Part shown: in pieces, positions 1-20,864 of the stretch
Layout of the letters: the number at the start of each line of letters is the position of its first letter
Numbering within the stretch: the stretch's first letter is position 1
Source of the DNA: Phallusia mammillata
Lineage: Eukaryota
Length of the DNA: 64,000 bases
Direction: 5' to 3'
Assembly (NCBI GenBank): GCA_965637545.1
Contig: OZ281498.1
Span: 9,486,001 to 9,550,000, forward strand
Program-made: the position numbers and the translations under genes
Notes under the pieces: model-generated
Told to the model about the DNA's origin: nothing
The model's input: only the letters and a program-made list of their open reading frames with translations
Database searches by the model: none

Positions 1-621
1 ATATTCTTGCCAAACTTACAGCTTTTAAAATTTGGCGGCACAAGTACGGATATAGGAAACACAAACACCACATGCGGTTTACGGCATTGTCATAAAATAT
101 TTGTGTGTGTTTTAGCAGAGCCGCATTTTCTCGTCTGACATAACTTTTTACTTTGCATAAATGAATGTGTTTCGTTGGAGGAAAACTGCATCACTGTACG
201 ACGAGCTGCAATTAAAGCTTACACAAGTAATGTTTATGCTCGTATGAATACCGGACAGCCGATGTCCTGATTAAAAGTCCGTCCAAGCATAATCACAGCC
301 TCGGAGTTTTGGGAAATTTGTGCGCGGCGATTGTTGGTTTGAGAGCGGGCAACGTTTCAACAGGACTCGTGTAAAGGGACGCTTCAAAGGAAAGAGGGAT
401 GCCGAGGTAGGGAAACTGTCACGCATTGATATAACAGACAGGAAACCGCGCTGTGTTGACGGATGAAATTGAAAACATCCGCACAACTTTAAATCGTAAC
501 TAGTATCAGCAAACAGAAACGGCCAGTGTCGATGTCCTAATGCGCCAACCTCACCCTTTAATGTAAATCCCTGCCACATAACGCTTGTAGTAACGGTGTT
601 GCTATAGCGCGTTTCTCATTC

Positions 622-752
622 ATCCATTAATTGTGCCCTTAACTTTGTCGCGCTTTATAACGTCTCAACGTTGCGCAGCTAATATTTCCGGCTTTTAAAC
701 GCAATTGTACTGCTACGATTTGTTTCACTCTGCTAAATAAGCTCCAATCAAC
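622..752 (+). mobile_element. Retroposon 3'-end copy (degenerate)
   Basis: TCCATTAATTGTGCCC...ATAACGTCTCAACGTTGCGCAGCT; same family as 4957-5118. Confidence 0.5.
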
Positions 753-3700
753 GGCGGCTTGTCAAACGATTTCTGATGTCAAGCATTTGTTAAACAGTTA
801 AACAAGCATAAAACTTTTGTATGGAAGAATTTATTTCTGTCAATTGCTACATTTTGCAACACAAAACAGCTAAAAACATTAGATTTTTTGTTTCAAAAAA
901 TTCACCTTACTATGATACCACTAAATAAAAACCACCATTTGTTCATAAATGTACCATCTTATACTGTACTTGTGAAGATATTTCGTAGCAATACATTGTC
1001 ACAACAAGATATCAACAAATCTAAGCCTGAAGTAATGAGGCTTAATCCGTTTACTTGCTTGATAATGATAACAAGATTCAAACATGTCTACAGTAAACCT
1101 CAGTGTTTCAACAGCACGTCCAATAAAAAAACACGTTTTAAACTTGAAACGGTTTTGTTGGTTACGTGCACTCAACGATCACAAAACTGCAAATGATCAA
1201 TGTTTAACCACATTTGGCAACTTGAACTGGTAACGTATTCACTGTGCAAGGCCTTCGAAAGTTTTTAATCAGGTGTTTTTGGTTTTATAGCTCACACTCA
1301 ACCACACGTTTCTACAAATGTAAACAAATTCTGTCCAAACGACCTAATATTTTCTAGTTAAAATAAGGATCCAATGAGCATGTTACATCAGACATAGAAA
1401 TAACCAAAATGCCAGGAAATTCCATGTTCATTATCTGAGGTACTATTATCACCTCAAGCAGCTGCTAAGCGTTATAAAAGGAAAGTAAATGAACAAGTCG
1501 TCTCAGCGTGGTAAAAACGTAAACAGAAAACCCACTTAAAATTTCACAAAACAATCAGAAAGATGCCCAAACGTTAAACGTAAACAAAAATACGAACCCT
1601 AAACAACCGGCACGCTTACGTCGCATGGGTACGTCACGTGTTCACTGGAGCGTGGCACGTTTCCTTGTGCTCGGTAGAGGAGACGGAAACAGCATCATGC
1701 AGTGCGTTATAGGGCGATAATAAATGTTGACTCAACTAAGCTGATGCTACATGAGCTGTGTGTTGTACTCAAGCCATGTCTGGACATCAAAAACTGATTA
1801 CACGATTCGTCTTAAGTGACACACACACATACACCCTAAAGCTGACATTTCGGTCAAGATTCGTGCAGTAAAATGTGTGCCTGAACAATGCCACACTTGC
1901 AGAGAGTTTCCTTTTTTAGAATACATCTACATGCAAAGTTTCCACAGTCGCTGTTCACTATTACTGCAATGTGATGACAACCGCAATTCGTTCTCTATTT
2001 GTGGCGGTACTAGCCTTGCCTGCCAATGTTATGTCCCCAGCTTTGCTGATGAAACCTTACAGGTCAAAACAGTGTGCACTGTCTGCAGTTCACTTATCAT
2101 GAAATTGCTCAATGGTTCTCATATGCGATGCAATTTCTAAATACAGGATCTCTGGCGGTTTTGTTTTAGAAAAAGCTACATAACAGATCAGTGGCTAATA
2201 TTCCTAAACTGAGTGTATTTTTTGTAAACTGTCTACATTTTTTGACCTTTGTAGACTCTAAAATCTCACTTAAAAACCCTTAATCACTGAGGAGCCTTAT
2301 TAACGACTGGCTGTCGCTAGACGTGGCTAGAAACATTCCGTTGAAATCATGCCAAATTGAAGCGAATTCAATGCCCGAAATAGAGTAGTGGGCTGTCGCC
2401 AATTACTGAAACCAATTTCAGTTCAGTTATTGCACAGTTCGCGTGTTAGCATCGTTTCACAGGGCCAGTCGAATTTCTGGCCTTTACCCGAAGGATTTGC
2501 GGTCCGATAAAACAGGTCCAACAAATGCCAGTCGAAAATAAACAACCAGTCCTTCGGGGCGGGCAATTTTAACCCACCGCTGACTCTGCTTTGCCAAATG
2601 CCGGTCGATGCTAAAGCGATCATATACGGAACATCTGGTTGGCCACATCAAAAGCATCTTTTTGACGAACTTACATTATTCATGCCTTATCACAAGAAAA
2701 CGCCATTTCAACGAAGCCTTAGACTGTTATGTTTGTACGACAGCTGGCAAGGCGGTTTTGGTTTGCATACGTTTGGCATTGGCAAGAAGTCTGTGTCTTC
2801 TCACGTAACAGACCATCCCAGTCCCCGAATTTGACCACATTGCTCGTATTTACAACTACAGTAAAAACGAGGAATATCAAACTGGTAGTGAACAGTAATA
2901 CTTTAAGTGGCGTTAAAACAGATCTCCATATATGCTATTGCTGCCAGACATTATGTAACTATCTTTGAAGATATGGCATTAAAAGGTGTCTTGTATTGGA
3001 CGTCGAAACGTCGATTATTCATAACAAAACTGCTGGAAGAGCAATACTCGTTTATAAATCTCCTAATAGTTGTGGAATTGAGAGAAATAAAAGGCATGGC
3101 ACGCTTGCTTAAAACTAGTTTCCATTTGCGTTCACGAACTGACCTACATTTTACACATTGGAAATATCATATTTCAAGCGCTTAAAATATTTTTAATCCC
3201 AACGTTACTTATTCACATACAGTGGGCCACGGTCGTAGTCGGCTAGTCTAGACAAATTATCACTTCAATCGTTTCTACAGCACCAAAGTCGGCTTTTATC
3301 CGGCAAAAAGGCAAAGCGCAAATCCAGGCAACATCCTAAAGACGCAATCCCCGTAGACCAGCTGAGTGAGGTGCGTTTAGATTTCCCGGCGTTTTGGTCT
3401 CGTGGTCGCCCAATTTGTAGTAAGAGATTTTGGCAGTATTTCGGATATTTTTATTAATTTTAAACTTGTCTAACCAACTAGTAACCAAAAAGTATGCAGC
3501 TTTCATAACTAAATTTGTAATAAATTTAACAAACCAAACAAAAGTACTTTCATGCAATTTGCCTTAAAAAACTGTTACAAAGTTGTATGCACAGGACACT
3601 CATATCTACAACTTGGCTACTAATGTTAAGGCGGTCAGTTTCTGAAATGTTCTACACCCAAGACTGTCTACAAATTTACTTTTGACTGAACTTCGCTTGC

Positions 3701-4956
3701 TACACAACCCGCCTGTCATGTGCTACATTTTACAAGACACCGGGCCGCTACCTGGGTCTGTCATTCAGGCCAAACACAGCCCAAATTGCGGTCAAAATGG
3801 CACAGTTACAAGACTAAGGAGAAAAAAAACTACTACTGTCTAACATTTGGTGCCCCAACAAATTATGGCAGATTAAGAGGCCGTCTTTGAGGGGAACAAA
3901 TCTGCGGTCTTGTAATCACCTGATAAGGTCTTGATAAACTGTCTTGCTTTTGGGGTCAGTGAACTTCCTTGTAAAACATCAGAAGCTTTGAAAGCTGTAC
4001 ACAAGCCTAGCTAGAAACCCAGCTGCTTCTGTGGCATGATGTTTGTAGCGGAAGTGGTGAGCTTAATCGGCTTGTGCACAACTAATGACAAACCCCGACA
4101 TGCGTAGTTAAAAAGCGTAATTGCGTCACAAACAAACACAATGGCTGTTATGACAGTTAATTGAAGAACACAATTAAACCTTAAATGCTAGTGTAATACA
4201 GTTCTACAATGGTTCAGCTGACATATTTGCACAATGAAAGCAAAAAATACATTATTGTGCAAATATTTCTAGAGATAGAACTGTAAAAACCTGTTTTAGA
4301 TTTTTCTTCGGAATGATGCCTTTTTTTATGCAGGGGTTTCAGTCTACCGTTGACCAGTGTGCTTTTGTAATGTTAAGGTTACAAAACAAAGTTTAACATA
4401 AACACAAAACTAAAATTGAGCACTCGTGGACGACAGAACACACGAGCAAATCTGACAAAACCAACATGATTTTACGGGCTGTTTTCTGACTGAAAAGGTA
4501 ATACCCTTTGGTTCATACAACTATAATACAACCAATCTGGCATGCACATCTTCTTGCTGTCAAATTATATCAAGAATTTCACACGTTTTGCGCCGCACAT
4601 CTGCTTGCAGGCGCTGAAAAGGAGAGCGCAGGCACAACCAAACTGAACCACCCAGACCGCCGCTAGTCACGCGTTTGGGGAAAACAACAGAAAGGAAATC
4701 ATCGACTGACGCTGTTTCCCGTGTGTCGATACGCGGCGTGTCAAATTTTGAAAAATCAAAACCGATACACGGCGTATCGAAAGTACGGGTGTAGAATTTG
4801 TCTGTGTTTCTTGCCCGAAATACAACTGGTATTGACATTTATTGTAGCATATCTTAAAGGTACCCGACATTGAACCTTTTTCTATAACAGAAACCAAAGG
4901 CGAAGCCTACAAAACCAGTAGCACCAATCCAAATAAGCATTTGGCAGCTATAATTC

Positions 4957-5118
4957 ACGGTGTAGCTGCAGCGTGTTCAGCCATAATCCACCAATTGTGC
5001 CCTTCACTGTTCCATAACGTTTTAACGTTACGCAGCTTTTTCCGTTTTCGTGATTGTTTTAGTGCTATTGTGTCGCTATGTTTTCTTTTACCAAGCAAAA
5101 TAAACTTAACTCAACTCA
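4957..5118 (+). mobile_element. 3' end of a LINE/SINE-like retroposon family
   Basis: Shared block CCACCAATTGTGCC...CATAAC...AACGTT..GCAGCT...ACCAAGCAAAATAAACTTAACTCAACTC; homologous copies at about 622-752, 6925-7076, 19276-19332 and 22560-22722. The AATAAA plus (AACTC)n tail suggests a non-LTR 3' end. Confidence 0.7.
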
Positions 5119-5941
5119 CCTCACCTCATCATAATCTACACAAAATTCTGAGTCCCTTGGTGGTCAGTTCAAAAGCCTGCGTTCGGGCTTCAGGGAATTG
5201 ATTCTACAAAGGCTTTAAATAAACTGCATCTTGGGACTAATGTTGATAATTTCCCCATGTACTACGCTGTTTTTTTACTTTCCTATTCTTCTTCTTTCTA
5301 AACAACTTAGTGGCTCAACAACGCCCACTGCTGGCTGATAATACAAGACATAAATTAAGGGTCTGGTTTAAACGAATTTGTGTTTGTTTGTTTGAATTTT
5401 TATTCTCGGTGGGCGGGCAATGCCTAAAAGAATATGCTTACAATAAGCCCACTGTCGAGCTGCCTGTTTTATTGTAAGTTGGTTGAATTATTTTTGTTTG
5501 ATTTTTGACATAGGCAGTTAATTAAGAACCTCAATTTAGTTCAATTGCTCGGAAACCAGTGGGTTGAAGCAATGCCATCAAGCTTATTGCTTAAGGAAAC
5601 ACAAGTGACCGAGATAGGATTAGAACTCACAAGCTTGTGGTTGCACCCCCAACATTCTGGTTGAAGTGTTAAAATGAGTAGGCTACAGACTTGTATTTCC
5701 CTTGGGTAGTTGTCACGCAATCGAAGGGTTAAGTAGTTCCTGCGCTGGCAGCAATAATATAGTGTTACCACAACATATTGACTTCAAAAACTGTGCTTGC
5801 TTTGTCACGTCATTTGTGCTTTGGGCCAAACTAACGGAAAGCCTAATTGTAATATTTTTGCATATCTTAAGCAATAAATAATCGTAAACACTGTAATTTC
5901 TTTCACAGAATCATCCTTTTGTAAGGATTTAGAGTATCCAA

Positions 5942-5989
5942 ATATTTAATGATTTGTTTTAAGGTATATTTTAATGATTTGTTTTAAGG
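5942..5989. repeat. Short tandem duplication
   Basis: TTTAATGATTTGTTTTAAGG twice. Confidence 0.85.
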
Positions 5990-6679
5990 GACTTTAACTT
6001 ATCTATTGTTGAATGATTTTTGTTGTTGCATTCACTGAAAAATTGACGATAAATGATTCAGTTTGTAACTTTACTGTAGTCTATTAAGTTTCGCCAAAAT
6101 AAGATTATAGGTTGGTTTCAATAACGATAAGCACATAATTGCTATTAATTAAACCTACAACAACGTTGTGGTCCCCAATGTCACAAGTTAATAACCGATT
6201 TCACAACGGGTTTATGATCGCCAACGGATATGCCACAATGGGATTTTATTTCACAAGATTAAATCTGCAACCACACGTTTTCAGTTTGGCATTTTGCCCG
6301 ACGGAGTTCCGATCTTCAGATAACTTTTTTAACACTTTTTTTTACTAGATCGTGGAAACTGTAAAATTTATTGCTGGTTGTATAATGTATAGCTTTAATG
6401 TGGTTTGGGAGGTAGTTTGGGATAAAAATGGCTTTGAACTTAAACTTAATAAAATTGCCTTTTTAAGCTTTTGATGTATGGCCTAGAGCACAAGCTGTCC
6501 AGTTAAATTGGAAATAGGCGGCAAATTATAACGATTTTAGAAGATTTTAACAACATTACATCGCATGCTACATACTAAAGATCTGATACAGCAACATGAC
6601 CACTAAAATCCACAACAAAGAGCCTTATTAAAAAAGTTCATTACACTGATAAGGAATAAAACAACCATACCAAAAAAGC

Positions 6680-6850
6680 GATATGCTTTATTGTTCATGC
6701 AGACGTTTCGGTAAATGCTCACGTATGTTATGCGACTCATGCGTGTATATAAACTGGTGTTACTAATGTAGCCTAATATCACTGATGATGGCAAGAACAT
6801 TTCCGAAACGTCTTAACTGGATGAACAGATCCGTGTAGTGTTCCTAAGTA
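6680..6850. mobile_element. Penelope-like terminal repeat remnant with two inverted hammerhead motifs
   Basis: Plus strand CTGATGA-T-GGCA-agaacatt-TTCC-GAAACGTC at 6782-6812. Minus-strand half motif (tgagcatt-TACC-GAAACGTC) ending at 6702. Flanks AATAAAGCAT and AACAGATCCG..TAGTGTTCC are shared with 37920-38000. Confidence 0.6.
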
Positions 6851-6924
6851 GTTTTTTGCCGTTCGTTTTACAGAATTTTGCAACTTTTCTAATAGCCACC
6901 AAGCAAAGCTCTGTAATAACGAAG

Positions 6925-7076
6925 CAGCTGTTGCGTGTTTAACCATTTGTACCTTTTCCCTGTTTGCGCTTCATAACCTTTCAACGTTGCGCAGCTATTT
7001 CCAGCTTGGTAATTAATAGTTTTAGTGGTATTGTGTTGGCATGAGCTTTTTGACCAAGTGAAATAAACCCAACCGA
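6925..7076 (+). mobile_element. Retroposon 3'-end copy
   Basis: CATAACCTTTCAACGTTGCGCAGCTATTTCCAGCTTGG...ACCAAGTGAAATAAAC; same family as 4957-5118. Confidence 0.6.
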
Positions 7077-9319
7077 ACATCACCTACAATTATGCAGAGT
7101 TTTTTTTAAATAATGAGACACGTAATGGCCACAAAGGCGATCCTTACTTTTCATACAAATAACATTCGGACAAAATATGCAATATTTTAATGCTTAAACG
7201 CTGCCCTGGTTCCCAAACCGTTTCTTGACCATTGTGGACCAGTTCCTCTTGTGGTTTAAGCCCAGCTGCGGCATCGAACAGATTTCGTTACACACAGGTT
7301 TGGGGTCGGTTACTCCTAACAATTTGGAGTGCCGAACGGGAAATGTGGCCACACCATAGCCAATGCGGTCAATGTCTTGTCACCAACTGCACTGACGTGG
7401 CCCCATAGGTCGAAACAGTGTGTACTGTCTGCAATCTAACGGAAATGTGATATTTTTGACTTAGACTGGTGGTTTTTAACTGGGAGATAATTAAACATTT
7501 TCCGGGAGGGGGATTAAATCATCACTTTTTTCGTTTTGTGGCGTCGTACTTAAGTAAAATGAAATTGATTTGGTCAATTCTCAAGGGTAACGATAATAAA
7601 AGCGTATAACAACTGACTTAGACTTGTCGGTCGAGTTGTAAGGACAGAGTCAAGCTGTACAGCACGATACAAGTTTATTTTATTTTATGCAAGTATACAC
7701 GTGTATGTTATAAATACGCGGCGCTCTAATATCCTAAACATACGAAAAACCGGAAAAGGGGAATTGAGAGAGAAGACAGAACAACAAACCTATCCTATAT
7801 GGCGACACGAAACAAAACGGATAAAAACGCAAGTTCATAACAGACATGGTATTATGGGAAAATGCCGCGCAATTTTTCTACATCACCACTAAGAAGCCAT
7901 CAGCAAGAAAGAGATACAAACGATTCCGGTTTATCGCATATCGAGTTATTCTGAAGTTTTCTTGCAATTAACCGGACAATTTTGTTTACCAATTATACAG
8001 AACAGTTTAGGATTTAACATGCAAAAACGGGTTATACGAATAACCGGGACGTCTGTGACGGTAAAAAGAAAACGGAAACGACATAAATAAAAACAATATT
8101 AGAAAATCGAACATTTTTTTACTCCATTATTCTGCCTATTCAAATTCGCACAAAAGATTTTGGATCACTTTTAAACACTCTATATTAGTGTAATTTGCGA
8201 GTTATGAATATTTACGTCCTATGCCAGATTACATTCAACTTTTTTTTTCCTAACACACATAGAATTTTAGCATTTTTTTGGCAAAAGTCAATAACAAAAC
8301 AAAATTCGGCGTTCACTGGCCATTGTCAAATTTTGAGATGAAACGATCAACGTTTAAATCTCTGCACATTTCAGAACCCTATCTATTGGAGTCTGTTTTG
8401 TGTATGTAAGATTTGATGAGAAAATGGCTTGTTTAAAGTACAAGACGAATCCAATTGATCGCACATAACTATGCGAATATCTGGATTCGTATTGATGCAA
8501 GCAACAGAATTAATTAGAACTTATGACAGTCTTTGGATTTTTTGGATATAGTATGCAATAAAACGAAAGGTCCGAATACCCGGATTTATGCGATTAATCG
8601 AATCTTGATAACCAAAGATAGGTTAGAGTTTGGATTCAGTATGCAATAAAGCGGAATAATTGAAAATCTAGAATCGTTTTGGAATAAACAACCACGTTTC
8701 AGAAAAAAGCAATTTGGTCTTGGAAAAAGCATCACCAGGTGCTTGACGAAAAAATAAAACGTGACATAAATAACGTAAATTACTCTTTTAAGAAAAGAGA
8801 ATAACAGAAAAACTATTTTGAATAGAGCTGGTAAAAAATTATGACTTTAATTTTTAGATTTTTTTAAACGCATGTTGTACACAGTTTGTCCCCTAATATC
8901 AGAAAAATACAACCATTTTAGCATGAGTTAAGTCCAAACTTAATCAAAATGTTTCAAATTTTGGGTGTTTGTCACTTGAAAATCCACATAAAATCTTTTT
9001 CTTTATATCTTTGCAACCCACTATGAGGTAGCAACCAAAACATGGACGTTCAGGAGCGGCAAAGGTCATCACCTTATGGTTCGCCAGCCGTTAAATTTAT
9101 TTCTTCTACACATTTATTAAGACATGTGCAACAATATGATCTAGATTGGTATTAGACAGGGTACTACACAGCCTTACAATATCAAACCAAGCGGCCGTTA
9201 TTGTAACGTTTTTGTTGCTATGTTAAAAGATAGTAGTGCAGCGGTTGCCCTTAACCCATTAGAGAATAGGAAAACCCGACATGTGTATGTTGTGGTTTGG
9301 TTCAACGAAATCTACGCCG

Positions 9320-9390
9320 CAACCGGAAATTTAAACCGCTAACCGGAAGTCACGTGTCACCCGGCAGCGCGCTGTAGCATCACGTGACCT
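9320..9390. promoter_or_regulatory. Housekeeping-type promoter motif cluster (two ETS sites, two E-boxes)
   Basis: CCGGAAAT 9323-9330, CCGGAAGT 9343-9350, TCACGTG at 9350 and TCACGTGA 9380-9387 in a CpG-rich patch. Confidence 0.55.
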
Positions 9391-9474
9391 TTGTGAAAAA
9401 AACACCACTTTGGCGCAGCTAAAACTGGACAACTAAAACTGGAATGAAAAAGCATTTAAAATATTCTTTTCGCG

Positions 9475-17437
<7,963 letters not shown>

Positions 17438-18160
17438 ATCAAGTTTTGCTATTCGGGTTTGTGGTTTGCTGCTATATTATTATACAAGCCTAATGTGTGA
17501 CGCTAAAATTAAATTTGTGATACTATCTAAAATAGAAATACTGTTTAGTTTTGCTACTGATGGCTTAACAAACAAGGTTTCTTCTAAGCCATCAGGGTGG
17601 TATATATATATCATATGTATAAAGCAACTTAAATAAATTAAATTTTAGTTAAAAAGTATAACGCTTGAAAGTAATTTAATTTATTTTACTGTTTAAGTCT
17701 TAAACAGATCAGTTGTACAATTTGTTTCTGCCTTGAAGAAACAATCAATAGTTTTACATACAAATTGATACAATGTACCAGTTCAGCAAACGGTTTGAAA
17801 ACACACATATTTGTGGTTCATGTACGTAATATGTTCAACGAAGCAGGTTCCACAAAAAGCATAAAACTTTCAATTTTTTATTCTTCGACAATTCCGTCTT
17901 TCTAATGCGTTGTAAGTAACTGAAACAAACCCTCCCATGATATACAACTTTACTACACAACTACATGACTAACACCGAATCCAATTGTACAGGTGATTCA
18001 CTACAGTTGACTTGACCCAAGAGGTCAGGTGATAGTCATGACATGATGTCAAACTTCGTACCGGTTTCTTTTTTGTCAGACAAAGCGGTTTTAAAACTTT
18101 CCACAAGTCATACTAAGGCGTACAACTGTGATACAGTGATGGTCTTTCTGTTACCCTTAC

Positions 18161-18310
18161 CTGTTTATCGACGCTTGAAGGCAATTTTTGTCTATTTTTA
18201 ATAATGTTAAGTCGAACCCTAGTAGTTAGGAGTCATTTCTCCATTGTTTAACATCCGGATTGTCCGTGACGTTTAATTATGACATCACAAGCAAAATAAT
18301 CCGGACCTAT
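18161..18310 (-). promoter_or_regulatory. Probable SMAP non-coding first exon and promoter
   Basis: Minus-strand donor CAG|GTAAGG at 18161/18160. NAGNAG acceptor (TAG/CAG) at 17474-17469 upstream of the ATG. CpG-containing motifs (ATCCGGA twice, TGACGT, TGACATCA) at about 18250-18310. The 5' boundary is approximate. Confidence 0.5.
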
Positions 18311-18560
18311 GCAGATCGCAAGTTTTTCTTGGCACTTTCACTCATCAGAAAAATCTTACAATACTCTTTTTCTGTCACAAAAAGATTTTAAAGATGGGTA
18401 AAATAAAAATATCAAATTCTTTATTTAATTAAATATAAATCAGTTCTACTGTAGTCAGTAGCAGTAGAACTAAGCCTATATCGCTTAGTAAGCCTATATC
18501 GCTTGCGCATAGTTTAATAGAGGGCTTGGAAAGATGGTAAACGCGCTACACCGCCTAGAT

Positions 18561-19128
18561 CAGGGGTGGGGAACCTTTTTGTTATAAAGGCCACCATACG
18601 TTTTTTTACACTCGTTTAGGCCGCATAGAGTCCATAGATTATTTGCCAGGCCAAGAACAGTGGTGTTCAAACTTTTTGACTTACAGAATGGTCTTTTTGC
18701 TATTCCCTCGTAGAATACAATTCCTCACTACATTTCCCCTTTCACTACAACATTCAGGATTTATTTAACCTAGAAACTCGCTTGTTTGCAAATGTCGATG
18801 ATCTAAGCTTGTGACATCACAGATGTGTTTAAGACATTCGATAATGTGCAAACAATTGTTCTATTGCAAGACGAGTAAGATTGTAGAACCTACATAAATT
18901 GCATGGGGTACCACAACGGGACCATTTGGCTCTAGTTTGAAAGCCCTGCCCTAGAACTAATCAAATAGTAATGTGGAATTATTGTCAAAAAATACGTTTC
19001 TGTCTATTTTTCAGCGCCTGGTGCAATTCCTAATATCAACGTCCTAAAATTTATTCTGACGTCGAAGGCCGCACTTACTGCCCTAAAAGGCCGCATGCGG
19101 CCTTTAGGCCGCAGGTTCCCCACCCCTG
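18561..19128. mobile_element. hAT MITE carrying a nested element
   Basis: TIR CAGGGGTGGGGAACCT / AGGTTCCCCACCCCTG; perfect TSD GCCTAGAT. Confidence 0.92.
18658..18948. mobile_element. Older hAT MITE nested in 18561-19128
   Basis: Degenerate TIR CAGTGGTGTTCAAACT / AGTTTGAAAGCCCTG; TSD GCCAAGAA / CCCTAGAA (2 mismatches). Confidence 0.65.
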
Positions 19129-19384
19129 GCCTAGATAGACCTCCTGTCCGTCTACGAATGTAAGTTTTTGAAATGTCGTCAAATAAAACGTCAAATAAAA
19201 AAGATAAGCTGTATCATGCCAGCAGTATTATTCAAACGTAGGTCTTTGTCTAGTCAGCAAGTCGTATAACATCTATCCACTAATTGTGCTGCCACGATGT
19301 ATTTCATCCAGGTAAATAAACTTAACTCAACCCAGTTTTCATGTCACTTCTGCGGACGGTCGCTTAAATACGGTCATCTACATC

Positions 19385-19652
19385 CAGTGGCGTAGACAGC
19401 CGAAAATTTTGGTAGGGGCCAAAAAATGTGTTGTCCAAAACCGTTTTTTGCTAGGGTGTCTTTTACGCGTGACGGAACCACCAAATGCTTTATCTACGCC
19501 CTACGGCTTACAACTCAATGATAACAGTCAATTTTGGCAACTTATATATTCCTTTGATTATATTTAGTCATAAAGAGATACCAAACCACACCGAACTTTA
19601 AAAATTTGTGTGGGGCCATGGCCCCTTTGGCCCCTCCCTGGCTACGCCAGTG
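19385..19652. mobile_element. hAT MITE, CAGTGGCGTAG family
   Basis: TIR CAGTGGCGTAG / CTACGCCAGTG; TSD TCTACATC at 19377-19384 with the matching sequence immediately to the right. Confidence 0.88.
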
Positions 19653-19659
19653 TCTACAT

Positions 19660-20571
19660 CAGTGCTCTTCAACCGGGGTTCCGCGGAACCCTGGGGTTCC
19701 GTAGAACCCTTTCAGGGGTTCCGCGAACTTTAAGGGTCGCACAGGGGTTCGCAGAGCTTATGTGTAGCAATTCAAACATGAATGATTCATAATATCATTG
19801 TTGCGAACAGCAATGCTCGCTTGTATAATCTAGTTCAGGGCTACTCAAACTTTCTTGCTCTGCGACCCCATTTTGGAACAGAAATTTCTACGCGACCCAT
19901 TGATGGGTATGGTGCAAAGAAATACTTATATTTTAAATATATACCATTTAATGGCGCCTAAAAAGTCTAAATTAATATCTAACTTGATAGACAGTCTTAG
20001 TTTTTTATGACGTCATAATGTCTGTTGTGACGCTTGTGGTATCTGCTTTTTCGCATTGTTTGCACACAATAGGCATAAAAAGTCTGACGCATATGGTTAC
20101 TAGGCTGGTAATACTCTTTTAAGTTCTACAAAATGTGTTTAGAGCAGTTTTGAATACACGGGAATGATGTTTATTGCGACTGACATAATAACCCATAATG
20201 TTTCGCGACCCCAAAATTATATTACGCGACCCCAATTGGGGTCGCGACCCACAGTTTGAGAAGCCCTGATCTAGTTAACCTTGGTTACACCATTGATCAA
20301 TTGTGACGTAATAATCAGTCTTGATACTCTGTGTCTGAATTGTGAAATAAATGCACAAACGACCAATCTAAATAACATGACAATGCGTTTCAGTAAATCG
20401 TTTAATTTAATTGAAGTTAACATTTGTTGTGTGCTTGGGGTGTGTTACGTAAAAATGTATGTCTTTTTGATGTAGCCTTACATTCATTCAAAATAATTTT
20501 ATGAGGGGTTCCGCAAAGTTTGACAAAACACCTTGGGGGTTCCGTGTCACTAAAAAGGTTGAAGAGCACTG
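19660..20571. mobile_element. hAT MITE carrying a nested element
   Basis: TIR CAGTGCTCTTCAACC / GGTTGAAGAGCACTG; perfect TSD GTCTACAT; internal GGGGTTCCG repeats. Confidence 0.92.
19836..20268. mobile_element. hAT MITE nested in 19660-20571
   Basis: TIR CAGGGCTACTCAAACT / AGTTTGAGAAGCCCTG; perfect TSD ATCTAGTT; internal CGCGACCC repeats. Confidence 0.92.
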
Positions 20572-20583
20572 GTCTACATCTAC

Positions 20584-20864
20584 AGGACCGCGTACCATCT
20601 GACGACTTTTTCTACCGCTGCGTACCACCTATACCATGTTCAATTGGTCAGACCAGTCTATGTTTTGACCGGGCTAGCATATATCTATAGCCACCAGTTG
20701 AAAGGAATGTCGATAACAAGAGTTTCGTCCAAATTAGGACTGATCAGTTGAGTTACAATTTTAGATTGGTCTTAAATTAAGTTTCAAAGAAAGCTACTCG
20801 CGTAGTACCAGAAAAGCCCCGATGTACCACTTGTGGTACGCGTACCGCAGGTTGAGAACCACTA
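20584..20864. mobile_element. hAT MITE fragment (right end only)
   Basis: GTACCAC/GCGTACC subterminal repeats and terminal GGTTGAGAACCACT; left TIR not found. Confidence 0.55.

Noticed and set aside
293-465. Frame containing GRFKGKRDAE, like an amidated peptide cleavage site
   Set aside because: No ATG, signal peptide or repeated peptide units.
2966-3012. TGAAGA...GAAACGTCG hammerhead-like remnant
   Set aside because: Core C missing, spacing too long and helix II degenerate; at most a dead PLE-end fragment.
4560-4838. ORF with repeated FDTP
   Set aside because: The repeat comes from a short DNA-level CGATAC..GGCGT.TC duplication/palindrome; no domain recognised.
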